Source: Hyperthermus butylicus DSM 5456 (GTDB lineage: Archaea > Thermoproteota > Thermoprotei_A > Sulfolobales > Pyrodictiaceae). From it: a DNA stretch of 32,000 nt. The notes beneath the pieces were generated by a model. It ran no database searches and had not been told where the DNA came from. It worked only from the letters and a program-made list of their open reading frames with translations. The DNA is taken from positions 1,590,001 to 1,622,000 of the forward strand of contig NC_008818.1 of the NCBI RefSeq assembly GCF_000015145.1, read 5' to 3'. Shown here one piece after another: positions 1 to 10,177 of the stretch (within the stretch, counting starts at the first letter, position 1; the number at the start of each line of letters is the position of its first letter). Position numbers and translations under genes: made by a program.

Positions 1-108
1 GGATTCAGCCACGCATACCCGTATCTACCTATCGGAGGCCTCAGAGCCCGTTAGAGTGGAGCCTTAATTACCCGGTGCTGTAAAGGCTCCGGGTGCGTGG
101 GGGGCTGT

Positions 109-717
109 ATGGCTGCTACAGAGCAAAGCGAGGTTAAGGTTGGCATAGACCCCGCCGAGATAAAGCTCTTCGGAAAGTGGAGCTTTGAGGGCGTAGAGAT
201 TAGAGACCCCAGCCTTAAGAGGTACATAAGCCTCAAGCCTGTCTGGCTCCCCCACACGGGTGGCCGACACGAGCACCGCCGCTTTGGCAAGGCCGAGGTA
301 CCCATTGTTGAGAGGCTAATAAACAAGCTGATGAGACCCGGCAGGAATATGGGTAAGAAGCATCTAGCATACAATATAGTCAAGCAGGCCTTCGAGATCA
401 TATACCTGCGGACAGGCGAGAACCCAATCCAGGTACTGGTACGCGCTATAGAAAATGCCGCACCACGCGAAGACGTTACAAGGATCATGTATGGTGGTAT
501 AACCTACTTCGTCGCTGTAGACGTGTCGCCACAGCACCGAGTTGATGTCGCCCTCAAACACCTCACAGAAGGAGCTAGGATGTGCGCCTTCAACAATCCA
601 AAATCTATAGAGGAGTGCCTAGCTGAGGAGATAATAGCTGCAGCCCAGGGCGACACAAAGAGCTACGCTATAAGGAAGAAGGAGGAAATCGAGCGTATCG
701 CTCTCAGCTCAAGATAG
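109..717 (+). CDS. rpsG: 30S ribosomal protein S7 (uS7)
   Basis: Track ORF 97..717; ATG at 109 is the likelier start ([12 protein letters not shown]...). Contains uS7-type motifs ([57 protein letters not shown]) and is followed by aEF1A and uS10, the usual archaeal order. Confidence 0.97.
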   Translation: MAATEQSEVKVGIDPAEIKLFGKWSFEGVEIRDPSLKRYISLKPVWLPHTGGRHEHRRFGKAEVPIVERLINKLMRPGRNMGKKHLAYNIVKQAFEIIYLRTGENPIQVLVRAIENAAPREDVTRIMYGGITYFVAVDVSPQHRVDVALKHLTEGARMCAFNNPKSIEECLAEEIIAAAQGDTKSYAIRKKEEIERIALSSR

Positions 718-783
718 CCCCTTTTATGGCTGCTACCCCATTATTTCTTGGCTGTCTTACTGGCTCGGAGCTACACTTATCCT

Positions 784-795
784 AAATATTTATAA
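784..795 (+). promoter_or_regulatory. Candidate archaeal TATA/box A element upstream of aEF1A
   Basis: AAATATTTATAA about 60 nt upstream of the aEF1A ATG; motif only. Confidence 0.45.
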
Positions 796-852
796 GACTC
801 TCTTCACCTATGTCAGCCTTCCGGCGTGGAGTGAAGGTAGCGGGTGCGGATT

Positions 853-2175
853 ATGAGCCAGCAGAAGCCACACATAAACCTGGTAGTCATAGGTCACGTA
901 GACCACGGTAAGAGCACGCTGGTAGGCCACCTACTATACCGACTAGGCTTCGTCGATGAGAAGACGATAAAGATGCTAGAGGAAGAGGCTAAGAAGAAGG
1001 GTAAGGAGTCCTTCAAGTACGCATGGCTTCTAGACAGGCTAAAGGAGGAGAGAGAGCGCGGCGTAACCATTGACCTAACCTTCGTAAAGTTCGAGACAAA
1101 GAAGTACTACTTCACTATCATCGACGCGCCAGGTCACAGAGACTTCGTAAAGAACATGATCACCGGTGCCAGCCAGGCCGACGCTGCCATACTAGTAGTA
1201 TCGGCGAGGAGGGGTGAGTTCGAGGCCGGTATGAGCGCAGAGGGTCAGACACGTGAGCACCTAATTCTAGCAAAGACTATGGGTATTGACCAGCTAATCG
1301 TTGCTGTAAACAAGATGGATGCAACCGAGCCTCCATACAGCAAGCAGAGGTACGAGCAGATCGTAGCATTCCTCAAGAAGTTCATGAAGAGCCTAGGCTA
1401 CAAGGTAGACCAGATACCATTCATACCAGTATCTGCATGGACTGGCGAGAACCTAATCGAGCGGAGCCCCAACATGCCATGGTACAATGGTCCAACCCTA
1501 GTAGAGGCCCTTGACACCTACATACAGCCACCAAAGAAGCCTGTAGACAAGCCGCTAAGGATACCAATACAGAACGTCTACTCGATCCCAGGCGTTGGCA
1601 CTGTACCAGTAGGCAGAGTAGAGACTGGCGTGCTAAAGGTAGGTGACAAGGTCGTCTTCATGCCACCGGGTGTGGTCGGCGAGGTTAGGAGCATCGAGAT
1701 GCACCACCAGCCATTACAGCAGGCCGAGCCCGGCGACAACATCGGCTTCAACGTACGTGGCATATCCAAGAAGGACATTAGGCGTGGCGACGTAGCTGGC
1801 CACGTAGACAAGCCACCAACAGTTGCTGAGGAGTTTACAGCAAGGATCTTCGTCATCTGGCACCCAAGCGCCATCACCGTCGGCTACACACCAGTAATAC
1901 ACGCACACACCGCCAGCATTGCCGCCAGGATAACTGAGATACAGGCTAAGCTAGACCCGAGAACCGGCCAGGTAATTGAGAAGAACCCACAGTTCCTAAA
2001 GGCCGGCGATGCCGCCATCGTGAAGTTCAAGCCAATTAAGCCAATGGTAATCGAGAAGTACAGCGAGTTCCCACAGCTAGGCAGGTTCGCAATGAGAGAC
2101 ATGGGTAAGACCATCGGCATCGGCATCGTCGTAGACGTCAAGCCTGCCAAGGTTGAGATAAGGGCTAAGAAGTAA
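853..2175 (+). CDS. tuf: Translation elongation factor 1-alpha (aEF1A)
   Basis: [42 protein letters not shown] motifs; ATG at 853 preferred over the track start at 844. Confidence 0.98.
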   Translation: MSQQKPHINLVVIGHVDHGKSTLVGHLLYRLGFVDEKTIKMLEEEAKKKGKESFKYAWLLDRLKEERERGVTIDLTFVKFETKKYYFTIIDAPGHRDFVKNMITGASQADAAILVVSARRGEFEAGMSAEGQTREHLILAKTMGIDQLIVAVNKMDATEPPYSKQRYEQIVAFLKKFMKSLGYKVDQIPFIPVSAWTGENLIERSPNMPWYNGPTLVEALDTYIQPPKKPVDKPLRIPIQNVYSIPGVGTVPVGRVETGVLKVGDKVVFMPPGVVGEVRSIEMHHQPLQQAEPGDNIGFNVRGISKKDIRRGDVAGHVDKPPTVAEEFTARIFVIWHPSAITVGYTPVIHAHTASIAARITEIQAKLDPRTGQVIEKNPQFLKAGDAAIVKFKPIKPMVIEKYSEFPQLGRFAMRDMGKTIGIGIVVDVKPAKVEIRAKK

Positions 2176-2373
2176 GCCCAAATAATCTCTTTTACTGTTT
2201 CCAGCTACCGCGTTTTTAGCAGTGCGAAACACTCACGTCCGGTTCCGATAACCCTATTATCACCTCCATACATCAATCTTCCTCTCTACTACCTGTTCCA
2301 ACCAAGGCTTCTCCATGTTAAGAGCTTTAAACCCGGTAGCGAAGCCAGTAGGGTGCTCGGGGGCGTAAGCCGC

Positions 2374-2682
2374 ATGGTACAGAAGGCCGAGATCAAGCTT
2401 TGGAGTACTAATGTTGAGAGCCTCAACCAAGTTGTAGAGCAGATAAAGGCTATTGCCAAGAAAACAGGCGTCCGGATGCGCGGCCCGATACCCCTCCCAA
2501 CGCGGAGACTCATAGTGCCAACACTAAAGCTGCCGCATGGTGAGGGTTCAAAGAAGTGGGACAAGTGGGAGCTACGCATCCATAAGAGGCTAGTGATTCT
2601 CGACGCAGACGAGAGAGTCATTAGGCAAATTATGAGGGTTAGGGTTCCCGAGGACGTCTATATCGAGATAAGACTGCGGTAG
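2374..2682 (+). CDS. rpsJ: 30S ribosomal protein S10 (uS10)
   Basis: [58 protein letters not shown]...WELRIHKRL; classic archaeal uS10; ATG at 2374. Confidence 0.97.
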   Translation: MVQKAEIKLWSTNVESLNQVVEQIKAIAKKTGVRMRGPIPLPTRRLIVPTLKLPHGEGSKKWDKWELRIHKRLVILDADERVIRQIMRVRVPEDVYIEIRLR

Positions 2683-3235
2683 TAGCCTACAACATGTTTT
2701 AGCCAGGCAACAACCTCTCCTAGACCCAGACCGTACTTCCCAGTTTCTAGCTGTAAACCTGTAGTCCGAGAGCTTTGTTAACCAAAAACACTGTTTCGGC
2801 ACAACAATATACCGCCATGAAGGCCCGTGGGACAACTCGACCGAAGCCTCTAGAGAACTTAACATCTACAAGGCTTGCTAGAATCAGCGTTAGATGCCAA
2901 GGTACAGCACACAGAGACTTAAACCCCGTAGGCTGCACATCCTTCCACAATAACCATACCGCAATACACCGCTCGAGACATCACACCAGAAGTATAGCCT
3001 GGCCTAAGCCCAGGCATAGCAGACTGAGACTCCAGGAACGCGCTACGAGGCTGCAGGAACGCTCCTATTCTTGTAACTGCTTAGCAAGGTTATGGTATAA
3101 ATAGACACTACCATCAACAATAACTAGAGAACCCCTGGAGCAAAAGCCTGGACCCTATAGACTTCGACATACCGCAGAGCAAAACTCTAACCCCCACACA
3201 CCGTGGTAGAGAACACTAACCCGGCAGCCCTGGGC

Positions 3236-3323
3236 GCCGGGGTGCCCGAGCGGTCCAAGGGGCCGGCCTGGAGAGCCGGTGGCCGACAAGGCCGCGCGGG
3301 TTCAAATCCCGCCCCCGGCGCCA
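3236..3323 (+). tRNA. tRNA-Ser (anticodon GGA), long variable arm, CCA encoded
   Basis: GCCGGGG acceptor pairs with CCCCGGC; anticodon stem CCGGC/GCCGG with loop CTGGAGA; variable arm TGGCCGACAAGGCC; T-arm GCGGG TTCAAAT CCCGC; discriminator G; CCA. Confidence 0.95.
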
Positions 3324-3619
3324 TACTACTCCTCTTCACACATCCTCAGCACAGCTTCTGTACTGCACAGTACCGCTCCATAGTCTGACTGGCTTTTCCG
3401 CCTCCCCTATGCTAGTGGGTACAATACAAGCTTAAGTAGAGATGCTTGGAAGCAGCAGGTCCTGGATAGGCCTGGGTACCCCGCAGCTCCAACTACATGC
3501 CTGCCGCAGCTTCTTGATGGTTTTCAAGTCTAGTTCTAGGCGTATACGCCAAACCTTCATTTTAACCTGCGCTAAAGATAAATACGTACATTATTTTCAC
3601 TATTAACGCAGGGAAAGTT

Positions 3620-4048
3620 ATGACTCACTCAGGGCTGACGGGTAGGCAGAGGCTAGAATACTACGAGCTTAAACTCGTAGAGATCTCGAGGCTTAAGCCT
3701 CACGAGAAAGTCGTTGAGAGTCATGTAGAGAGGCTCATAGATGAAATTAGGAGCAGCGGCGTACTAATGCGCCCCATACTGGTTGAAAGGAAGCATTACA
3801 TAATACTGGATGGACATCATAGAGTTGAGGCTCTTAAAAGGCTTGGCGCTAAACTGGTTCCAGCCATACTTCTAGACTATGGGTCGCCGTGCGTAACAGT
3901 AACCTCGTGGCGCCCTTGCATCACCGTTACAAAGGACGATGTTATAAGGGCTGCACTTACTCGCAAGCTTTTTCCTCCAAAGACCAGCCGACACCGCGTC
4001 TGCTTCGAAATCCCCCGCTTGAACATACCATTATATAAGCTTATGTGA
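3620..4048 (+). CDS. serK: ParB/Srx-superfamily protein, probable free L-serine kinase (SerK-like), compact form
   Basis: KPHEKVVESHVERLIDEIRSSGVLMRPILVERKHYIILDGHHRVEALKRLGAKLVPAILLDYGS plus C-terminal SPKT-like segment (PPKTSRHRVCFEIPRLNIPL). It resembles the Thermococcus SerK KPHE...DGHHR...LDY and YSPKTTRH segments as recalled. Immediately upstream of an OPSS-like gene. Confidence 0.75.
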   Translation: MTHSGLTGRQRLEYYELKLVEISRLKPHEKVVESHVERLIDEIRSSGVLMRPILVERKHYIILDGHHRVEALKRLGAKLVPAILLDYGSPCVTVTSWRPCITVTKDDVIRAALTRKLFPPKTSRHRVCFEIPRLNIPLYKLM

Positions 4049-4064
4049 AATATCTCGTTAGGGG

Positions 4065-5285
4065 GTGGTCGTAATAGGGTATAAGATCGTTGATATAAAG
4101 TCGATAACACCTCTTAAACCTGTTGAGCTTCAGGACGTTCTAGACACTATTACTGCCTTACTTTCAGCAGGAAATGTTTACAGAACTATTGCCGTCGATG
4201 CAAGCTATAGAGTTGCCGAAGAAGATTCCAACATGCTCTACTGGGCGCTCAACTACATTGGGGTGAAACGCGTACCCATATCGTATAGCACACCTATCAA
4301 CATCACCATCAGCCTTGAGGAGCTAGGATTCTATGACGACATAAACCCCGAGCCATTACGCGTGTTTAAGAGCAGCCTAGAACTCCTCTACCGTAACTGG
4401 CCGACGCCGCTTGTTAGGCTAGAGAGCCTCTCAACGGACGGATATCGAGTATGGGCTAAGCTCGAGTGGTATAACCCGTACAGTATGAGCGTGAAAGATA
4501 GAATCGGCTGGTACATGATTGTACGCGCCCTTGAAACTGGCTGGAGAGGCAGAGAAGTCTACGAAACCACGTCAACCAATACGGGTATGGCGCTCGCCGC
4601 AATGGGCGCTATTCATGGATTCAGGGTTAAGCTGTGGATACCAAAGACTATACAGAAGGCTAGCGATGTTCTCCTTAAAGCGCTTGGAGCCGAAGTTATT
4701 AGAACCGATAAACAGCTAACGGTAGACCTCATAGAGGATGTTAAGACAGAGGCTAAGCGTAGCAACGCACTACACGTGGACCAGTTCAATAATGATGCCA
4801 ACTTCCTCGTGCATTTGAAGTACACAGCTAAAGAGCTTGAGCTACAACTAAAGCATGCAGGAGTAAAACCGAAAGGCATCATTGGCGGGCTAGGAACCTC
4901 AGGGCATCTCGCAGCGCTCACGCTCTACTTCCGCTCACGCATGAGCGGCATAAGAGTCTATGGCGTACAGCCAGCTAGGGGCGAGGTTATACCTGGTATA
5001 CGCCGTATCGAAACCGGCATGAAATGGGTTCACTGGGCAAAGCCTGACAATATAGTCGAAGTTAAACGTTGCGAAGCTATTGAAGCGCTGCTACGTGTTG
5101 CACGGCGTGATGGTATACTACCTGGCCTAAGTAGTGGTGCCGTAGCTGCAGCCTTCCTAAAACTCTTGGAGAAGGGCGAAATCGAGCCAGGAGACTATAT
5201 CCTGATATTCCCCGATAACGGGTTCAAGTATGTTGAGCAGCTCAGCGAGTACTTTGCCGGAAAAGGCGGAGATTGCAGCTCCTAA
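4065..5285 (+). CDS. PLP-dependent O-phosphoserine sulfhydrylase / cysteine synthase-like enzyme
   Basis: KLEWYNPYSMSVKDRIGWYMI (PLP Lys), TTSTNTGMALAA, GGLGTSGHLAALTLYF, PGIRRIETGMKWVHW; N-terminal extension as in the Aeropyrum pernix-type OPSS; GTG start. Confidence 0.85.
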   Translation: MVVIGYKIVDIKSITPLKPVELQDVLDTITALLSAGNVYRTIAVDASYRVAEEDSNMLYWALNYIGVKRVPISYSTPINITISLEELGFYDDINPEPLRVFKSSLELLYRNWPTPLVRLESLSTDGYRVWAKLEWYNPYSMSVKDRIGWYMIVRALETGWRGREVYETTSTNTGMALAAMGAIHGFRVKLWIPKTIQKASDVLLKALGAEVIRTDKQLTVDLIEDVKTEAKRSNALHVDQFNNDANFLVHLKYTAKELELQLKHAGVKPKGIIGGLGTSGHLAALTLYFRSRMSGIRVYGVQPARGEVIPGIRRIETGMKWVHWAKPDNIVEVKRCEAIEALLRVARRDGILPGLSSGAVAAAFLKLLEKGEIEPGDYILIFPDNGFKYVEQLSEYFAGKGGDCSS

Positions 5286-5930
5286 CATCCTTTTGCTGGT
5301 ATCCATACTCCAGTTCGCCCAAGCCGCGCAAACCTACAGTTTTTAATTCTGTACGATAACCTCAACTAACAGACGATTCGTCTAGAATTTTTGTAAACTC
5401 TGTTTAAATATTCTAGTTAAACTAGTTGTGGTATTGGAAGAGCTAGTTTATAATCTAACCAATGGGGCTGGCCACGGCTTGTTTTAAAGCTTCTATCCCT
5501 AGCTTTACTAGCCTCGTTTAAGGTGCTGGGTTTACCGGCTCCCTTTAAGCCCTGGTTGCAGAGCTGACATATTCCCTTCACGCTGCGTCGTGAATGTTAC
5601 TGTGTTACCGGCTGCTCTGTTACAAGTGCACCGTGACAGTAAATGCCGTCTGCCATTAATCCTATTGTAGCTAGAGCCATGACTGGTTCGGCAGCAACGA
5701 TGCAGGTTAAGTAGAGCCTTGAGAAGCTTAGAGCACTGCCATGACTAGGAAGAAGTACCGTAGCCAGGCTGGCATTACCATTGCAGGCTCAGGAGACCCT
5801 TACAGGGCTATGGGCAAGGCCTTATTGCGGTGCGCGACGAGTCGAGATACTGTCTAGCCGGGGAGGGGATGAGAACTCTTCAAAAACTACGTGAGGTAAG
5901 AAGCATCTCCGAAAGCCTTAGCTGCAAGTT

Positions 5931-6587
5931 TTAGCTCTTACGTTTTAGGGTTATGAACGCTACTAAAGTTACCACCACTACTCCCACAATAGCTCCATAG
6001 AGTAACGCATTGCTAGTAACACCGCCACCTTTACCTACGAAGTTACTGTCTAAAAGCTCCACCATGAAGTAGGTTTTCATACCATCCTGCTCTGCCCTAG
6101 CCTCGGCTTCTAGCAGCCAACCTGTCTCCTTGTCGTAGACTGCCGTAATTGTTCCAAACTCTGGATGTGTTAGCTCAACTTTGCCATCCTCGGGTAGCTT
6201 GGCAGGGTCCACGTAGAAGCCCATGTCCACCATGCTTGGCTCCTTGCTAAACTCTATGTGCTGCTGACTATCAACGTTCATGTTGAGCATCTCAGTAGAA
6301 ATCATTTGCGCGATTGTTTCCGGCTCAACCTTGTAGTCCTCCAGACTCGACAGCGCGGTGAACCCGTTCTCATCCACGGACACTATCTCAACCTTCACCA
6401 TGCCTTCGATTGACATTTTGTCCAAGCCCATGAACATGGTGAGTGCCTCGCCACTAATCTCCATCCTAAACTTGTACTTTGCCCAATTACCCTCCTTAGC
6501 CCAGCTAGGTGTTGCATAGACAGTATTAGATGCTAGTAGAGCCGCCAGGAGAAGAATGAGGACTGTCCTAGCTACGACCCTATACAT
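5931..6587 (-). CDS. Secreted, membrane-anchored protein of unknown function
   Basis: Signal-like N-terminus MYRVVARTVLILLLAALLASNTVYA (start moved in from 6638), C-terminal TM segment ALLYGAIVGVVVVTLVAFITLKRKS. Confidence 0.65.
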   Translation of the reverse strand: MYRVVARTVLILLLAALLASNTVYATPSWAKEGNWAKYKFRMEISGEALTMFMGLDKMSIEGMVKVEIVSVDENGFTALSSLEDYKVEPETIAQMISTEMLNMNVDSQQHIEFSKEPSMVDMGFYVDPAKLPEDGKVELTHPEFGTITAVYDKETGWLLEAEARAEQDGMKTYFMVELLDSNFVGKGGGVTSNALLYGAIVGVVVVTLVAFITLKRKS

Positions 6588-6664
6588 ATCTATGCTACAC
6601 CCTCTGCTAAATCTTACGATAGGGATGCAGCTCGCCACTCCCTTATTTAATTCTTTCCATTCCG

Positions 6665-7657
6665 CTAATCAGAGTATAGCTTCTCGGCAATAGACTCTGC
6701 ATGGGTTAGCAGCTGCACTATATCACCCTTGTAGCCGGCACTACGTAGCGCTAATAGTAGAGCGCCAACAGCAGGATATATCCTCCTCTCCACTGCTTTA
6801 ATGCCATGCCGGCTCAACCTCTCGGTAAACACTCTCCTAAACACCCTACTCCGGAACATTGAGCCCGTATAGTAGGCTTGTACTATGCCAGTCCTCCTAG
6901 CTGCAACTATAGCTGCTTCAGCCAACAGCATAGCTCCCTCTTCAAGTATGTGTATAGCCTCGCTACATCCTTCGTCTGCAAGCTCTACTACGTGCCTAGC
7001 TACTGCAGCAATTCTATCTATCCTCCCGCGGGTCAAGTAGAACCAGTACATTAGTTCATCACTGCTGGTTACCCCGAGCCGCACTGCTAGACCACGGCTG
7101 AGGCAATCCCAGCCACTACGGCCGTCAAGGCTCCGTGCCAGCCTACGCAACGCTACACGTGCAACCCAGAACCCGCTGCCCTCATCGCCTAAGAGCCAGC
7201 CACGATCACCCACTACTACGCGTTCACCACGGGCAGTGTATGCGTATGCTATGCTGCCAGTACCAGCTATAACTACCAGGCCTGGAGCACCTCGGCTAGC
7301 ATGCATCAACGCTATATGTGCGTCATGCTCTACTACGAGGCGGTCTCCAAGCCCGCTAGACTCCTTCACGTAGGATTCTAGCTGTCTCCGGACGATGGCG
7401 CTGTCGAGCCCTGCAAGACCTGCAACCACCACTACAACATCATCTATGCTATATCCTGTACCCCTCAGCGCCGCTTCTATAGCTGCAACGATATTCCTAC
7501 CAGCTTCAACAGCCCCAACGTTTACCGGGTTTGAAGGCCCAGCTAAACCTGCCCAGACACTGCCCGTCTCTAGGCTAGCAACAATAGCCTTTGTAGAGGT
7601 GGCACCACCATCAACCCCAGCTACGAGCAATACACCACTCCCACACACCATGTACAC
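6665..7657 (-). CDS. BadF/BadG/BcrA/BcrD-type ATPase family, N-acetylglucosamine kinase-like
   Basis: GVDGGATSTKAIVA, GPSNPVNVG, VVEHDAHIALMHASRGAPGLVVIAGTGSIAYA, GWLLGDEGSGFW motifs of the ASKHA sugar kinase family. Confidence 0.87.
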   Translation of the reverse strand: MYMVCGSGVLLVAGVDGGATSTKAIVASLETGSVWAGLAGPSNPVNVGAVEAGRNIVAAIEAALRGTGYSIDDVVVVVAGLAGLDSAIVRRQLESYVKESSGLGDRLVVEHDAHIALMHASRGAPGLVVIAGTGSIAYAYTARGERVVVGDRGWLLGDEGSGFWVARVALRRLARSLDGRSGWDCLSRGLAVRLGVTSSDELMYWFYLTRGRIDRIAAVARHVVELADEGCSEAIHILEEGAMLLAEAAIVAARRTGIVQAYYTGSMFRSRVFRRVFTERLSRHGIKAVERRIYPAVGALLLALRSAGYKGDIVQLLTHAESIAEKLYSD

Positions 7658-7959
7658 ATAATGCCTAGGGAATTAGCATTACCTCCTACCACAATGGGAA
7701 CATTCCCTATAGAAACAGTTTCATGCTGGGAATTTCTAGGCATAGACTGCAAGGGGATGAGAGAATAATGCAAGACACTACCTCTCCTAGCATCTGATGT
7801 AACGGAGTCCAGGTACAAGAGACACACCAACTTTCATAGCCGAATCCAAGCTCTGCAAGGCCGCATTAAAGCCCCAAATAACATGCACAGCCTCTTTTCC
7901 AGCCGAAAGATTTTCTAGCACGACCCCCTGCTGTTAACCTACAATTAGGTTTCATAGCC

Positions 7960-8442
7960 TTGACTCAGAACCTAGACGATCTAAGACTCCGCCTCAGCAA
8001 GATCAGGGAGAATCTTAGCGAGGTTAAGAAAACGCTTGAAGCCATAGCATTAGACGAGGCTAGCGAAGCGGACGCCTACGCTAACATGGCCAGGGAGGCT
8101 GCCAACCCTGATCTACGCTGGAAGCTATTCATCATAGCCTCGGACAGCATCCTACACCGCGAGATAGCATGGGCGATAATACGCGCTGCCACAGAGATAC
8201 AACTCCTAGCACGAGAACTGGCAGAGTACCAGCCGCAGGAAACACAGGACAGACTAGCAGAGCGGGTAAAAGCACATATCACCATCGAAACCCTCGCAGA
8301 GACAAGCTATGACGACTTGTTGAAACTAGTAGAGCCTGGCACCACGCTATACCGTCTATTCAAACTATTGAAAGAGGAGGAACAGAAACACTCCAGACTA
8401 GCAAGACACTTAGCAGAAAAGCTAGCCAAGTCCACCACTTAG
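7960..8442 (+). CDS. Ferritin-like / rubrerythrin-like four-helix protein (tentative)
   Basis: Helical protein with spaced acidic/His residues: EASEADAYANM...DSILHREIAWAI and ETLAETSYDDL...LLKEEEQKHSRLARHL, similar to ferritin-like EExxH patterns. Confidence 0.5.
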   Translation: MTQNLDDLRLRLSKIRENLSEVKKTLEAIALDEASEADAYANMAREAANPDLRWKLFIIASDSILHREIAWAIIRAATEIQLLARELAEYQPQETQDRLAERVKAHITIETLAETSYDDLLKLVEPGTTLYRLFKLLKEEEQKHSRLARHLAEKLAKSTT

Positions 8443-8658
8443 GAACCATTACACCAAACAAGGCAAGGATACAATAGCATTATCTACATTGAGCCGCAAG
8501 TGGTTCCACCAACTAGTCGATTTTTCTTCTAGCTCAGCTTTTCTACAACACTAATCACATAGCATGAATACGTGTTAGAAACATAACTATACAAAAAGTT
8601 TGTGAATTCTCGAGTGAATCATTATGTGAGGGTTCGCAAGCGAATCTGTGCATAAGCG

Positions 8659-9816
8659 CTAGACGCCGTGCTCGTGTAGCTTCTCCTGGAGAGCCCTCAG
8701 GCCGGAGCCTAGCTCTAGGTCGTATCCGAGGGACTTGAGGGTCCTCTCGAGCGCCGCTATCGTGGCCGCTATATCGGTGTAGCCTGTTTGGCCCATATGG
8801 CCTATCCTGAAGATCCTACCCTTAAGCTCCCCCAAGCCCCCGGCTATCTCTATACCGCGGGCCCTCATACCCGAGTATAGCTTTGGCCACTCCACCCCAT
8901 CCGGTATATAGGCTGCTGTAACTGTATCGGCACGGAAGCCCTCCTCCGCCACGAGCTTGAGTCCCATGGCCTCTAGCGCTGCTCTCACAGCCTCGGCCAT
9001 TATCCTGTGCCTCTTGTACCTCTCGCTGAGGCCTTCTGCCAGGATTATCCTGAGGGACTCCCTTAGCGCGTAGACGAGGTTAACAGCCGGTGTGACGTAA
9101 TAGTTCCTAGTCGACTCCATCTCCTTGAGAAGCTTCGGCATGTTGAAGTAGAGGCTCCAGGGACCCTCGCGCCCCTCAAGCTCCTCGCTATACTCTCTGC
9201 TGAACGCTACTATACCCAGGCCCGGAGGTACGCCCAGCGCCTTCTGGGAGCCAGTGAAGCACACGTCCACACCCCAATCGTCGAGTCTAACTTCCATGCC
9301 TCCTACAGAGGCTACGCCATCCACGAGGACCTTGACACCGTGCCTCTTGGCCTCAGCGGCTAGCTCTCTGAGCGGGTTAGCGACGCTAGTCGAGGTATCC
9401 ACGTGCTGGAAGGCTACGACCTCGGCGTCGGGATGCTTCCGGAGCACCGCTTCGAGGTCGCTGGCTGTGAACCCCCTACCGATAGGCGCCTCTATAACAA
9501 CTGCATTACCCCCTAGGGCCTCAACTCCTCTGGCCAGGTAGTCGCCAAAGAACCCGGCCTTGAGCACTACTACCTTGGAGCCCGGCTTGACTACGCTCCT
9601 AAGTGCCAGCTCCATCGCACTAGTCCCGCTGCCCGGTATCACCACAACCCTGCCCTTAGTTGCAAAGACCTCAGAGAGCATCTTGAGGACTTCACTATGT
9701 ATTTCATCGAACTCCGGCGAGACATGGTTGATTGTAGGCTTAGCCATAGCCAGGAGGACTTCTGGATCAACCATTGTAGGTCCAGGAGTCATAAGGAGAA
9801 CCTTGCCATGAACCAT
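8659..9816 (-). CDS. Class V aminotransferase (alanine-glyoxylate / serine-pyruvate aminotransferase-like)
   Basis: LLMTPGPTMVDPEVLLAM, GSGTSAMELALRS, VDGVASVGGMEVRLDDWGVDVCFTGSQKALGVPPGLGIVAFS. Confidence 0.92.
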   Translation of the reverse strand: MVHGKVLLMTPGPTMVDPEVLLAMAKPTINHVSPEFDEIHSEVLKMLSEVFATKGRVVVIPGSGTSAMELALRSVVKPGSKVVVLKAGFFGDYLARGVEALGGNAVVIEAPIGRGFTASDLEAVLRKHPDAEVVAFQHVDTSTSVANPLRELAAEAKRHGVKVLVDGVASVGGMEVRLDDWGVDVCFTGSQKALGVPPGLGIVAFSREYSEELEGREGPWSLYFNMPKLLKEMESTRNYYVTPAVNLVYALRESLRIILAEGLSERYKRHRIMAEAVRAALEAMGLKLVAEEGFRADTVTAAYIPDGVEWPKLYSGMRARGIEIAGGLGELKGRIFRIGHMGQTGYTDIAATIAALERTLKSLGYDLELGSGLRALQEKLHEHGV

Positions 9817-10055
9817 TAGGGGTCACCGAAGGGCTGTGTAGTATCGCGTCAATTCGCTTTTAACATAACACATCCTATTAAAACTTTACCGCAAAAACAC
9901 TAAAACTATCTAAGACACCTACTTCTCAAGCTACTACCTAGCATATTCATGTAGCTCAACTTGACAAGAGAGCACTTCCTATGCTTCTTGGCTACAGCAT
10001 GACACATGAGATGAGTAGAACTAAGTAGGGGTTGCATGGAAGAGTGATGTGGATT

Positions 10056-10133
10056 TGGTGCCGCGGCCGGGATTTGAACCCGGGTCACGGGCTCGAGAGG
10101 CCCGCATACTTGGCCGGGCTATACTACCGCGGC
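10056..10133 (-). tRNA. tRNA-Glu (anticodon CTC), CCA encoded
   Basis: Reverse complement GCCGCGGTAGTATAGCCCGGCCAAGTATGCGGGCCTCTCGAGCCCGTGACCCGGGTTCAAATCCCGGCCGCGGCACCA; stem CGGGC/GCCCG with loop CTCTCGA. Confidence 0.96.
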
Positions 10134-10177
10134 AGCCAGAGGGCTTCCGCGCAGCTAGGCTCCATGTTAGCGTTTCT

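Noticed and set aside
1-71. Open reading tail at the left edge (…[15 protein letters not shown])
   Set aside because: Only about 20 codons are visible and the sequence does not let me identify uS12, NusA or another expected upstream gene.
51-488. Antisense ORF over rpsG, and similar long minus ORFs over aEF1A, uS10, ftsY, spt5, uL11, uL1, uL10 and alaS
   Set aside because: They are mirror frames of well conserved genes in a GC-skewed codon context and have no recognisable protein features.
3203-3388. ORF covering tRNA-Ser
   Set aside because: Frame created by tRNA sequence; the tRNA fold explains the region.
8630-8656. Short GTTCGCAAGCGAAT palindrome downstream of the aminotransferase gene
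   Set aside because: It could be a small hairpin but is too short and lacks a clear T-rich tail, so no terminator claim is made.
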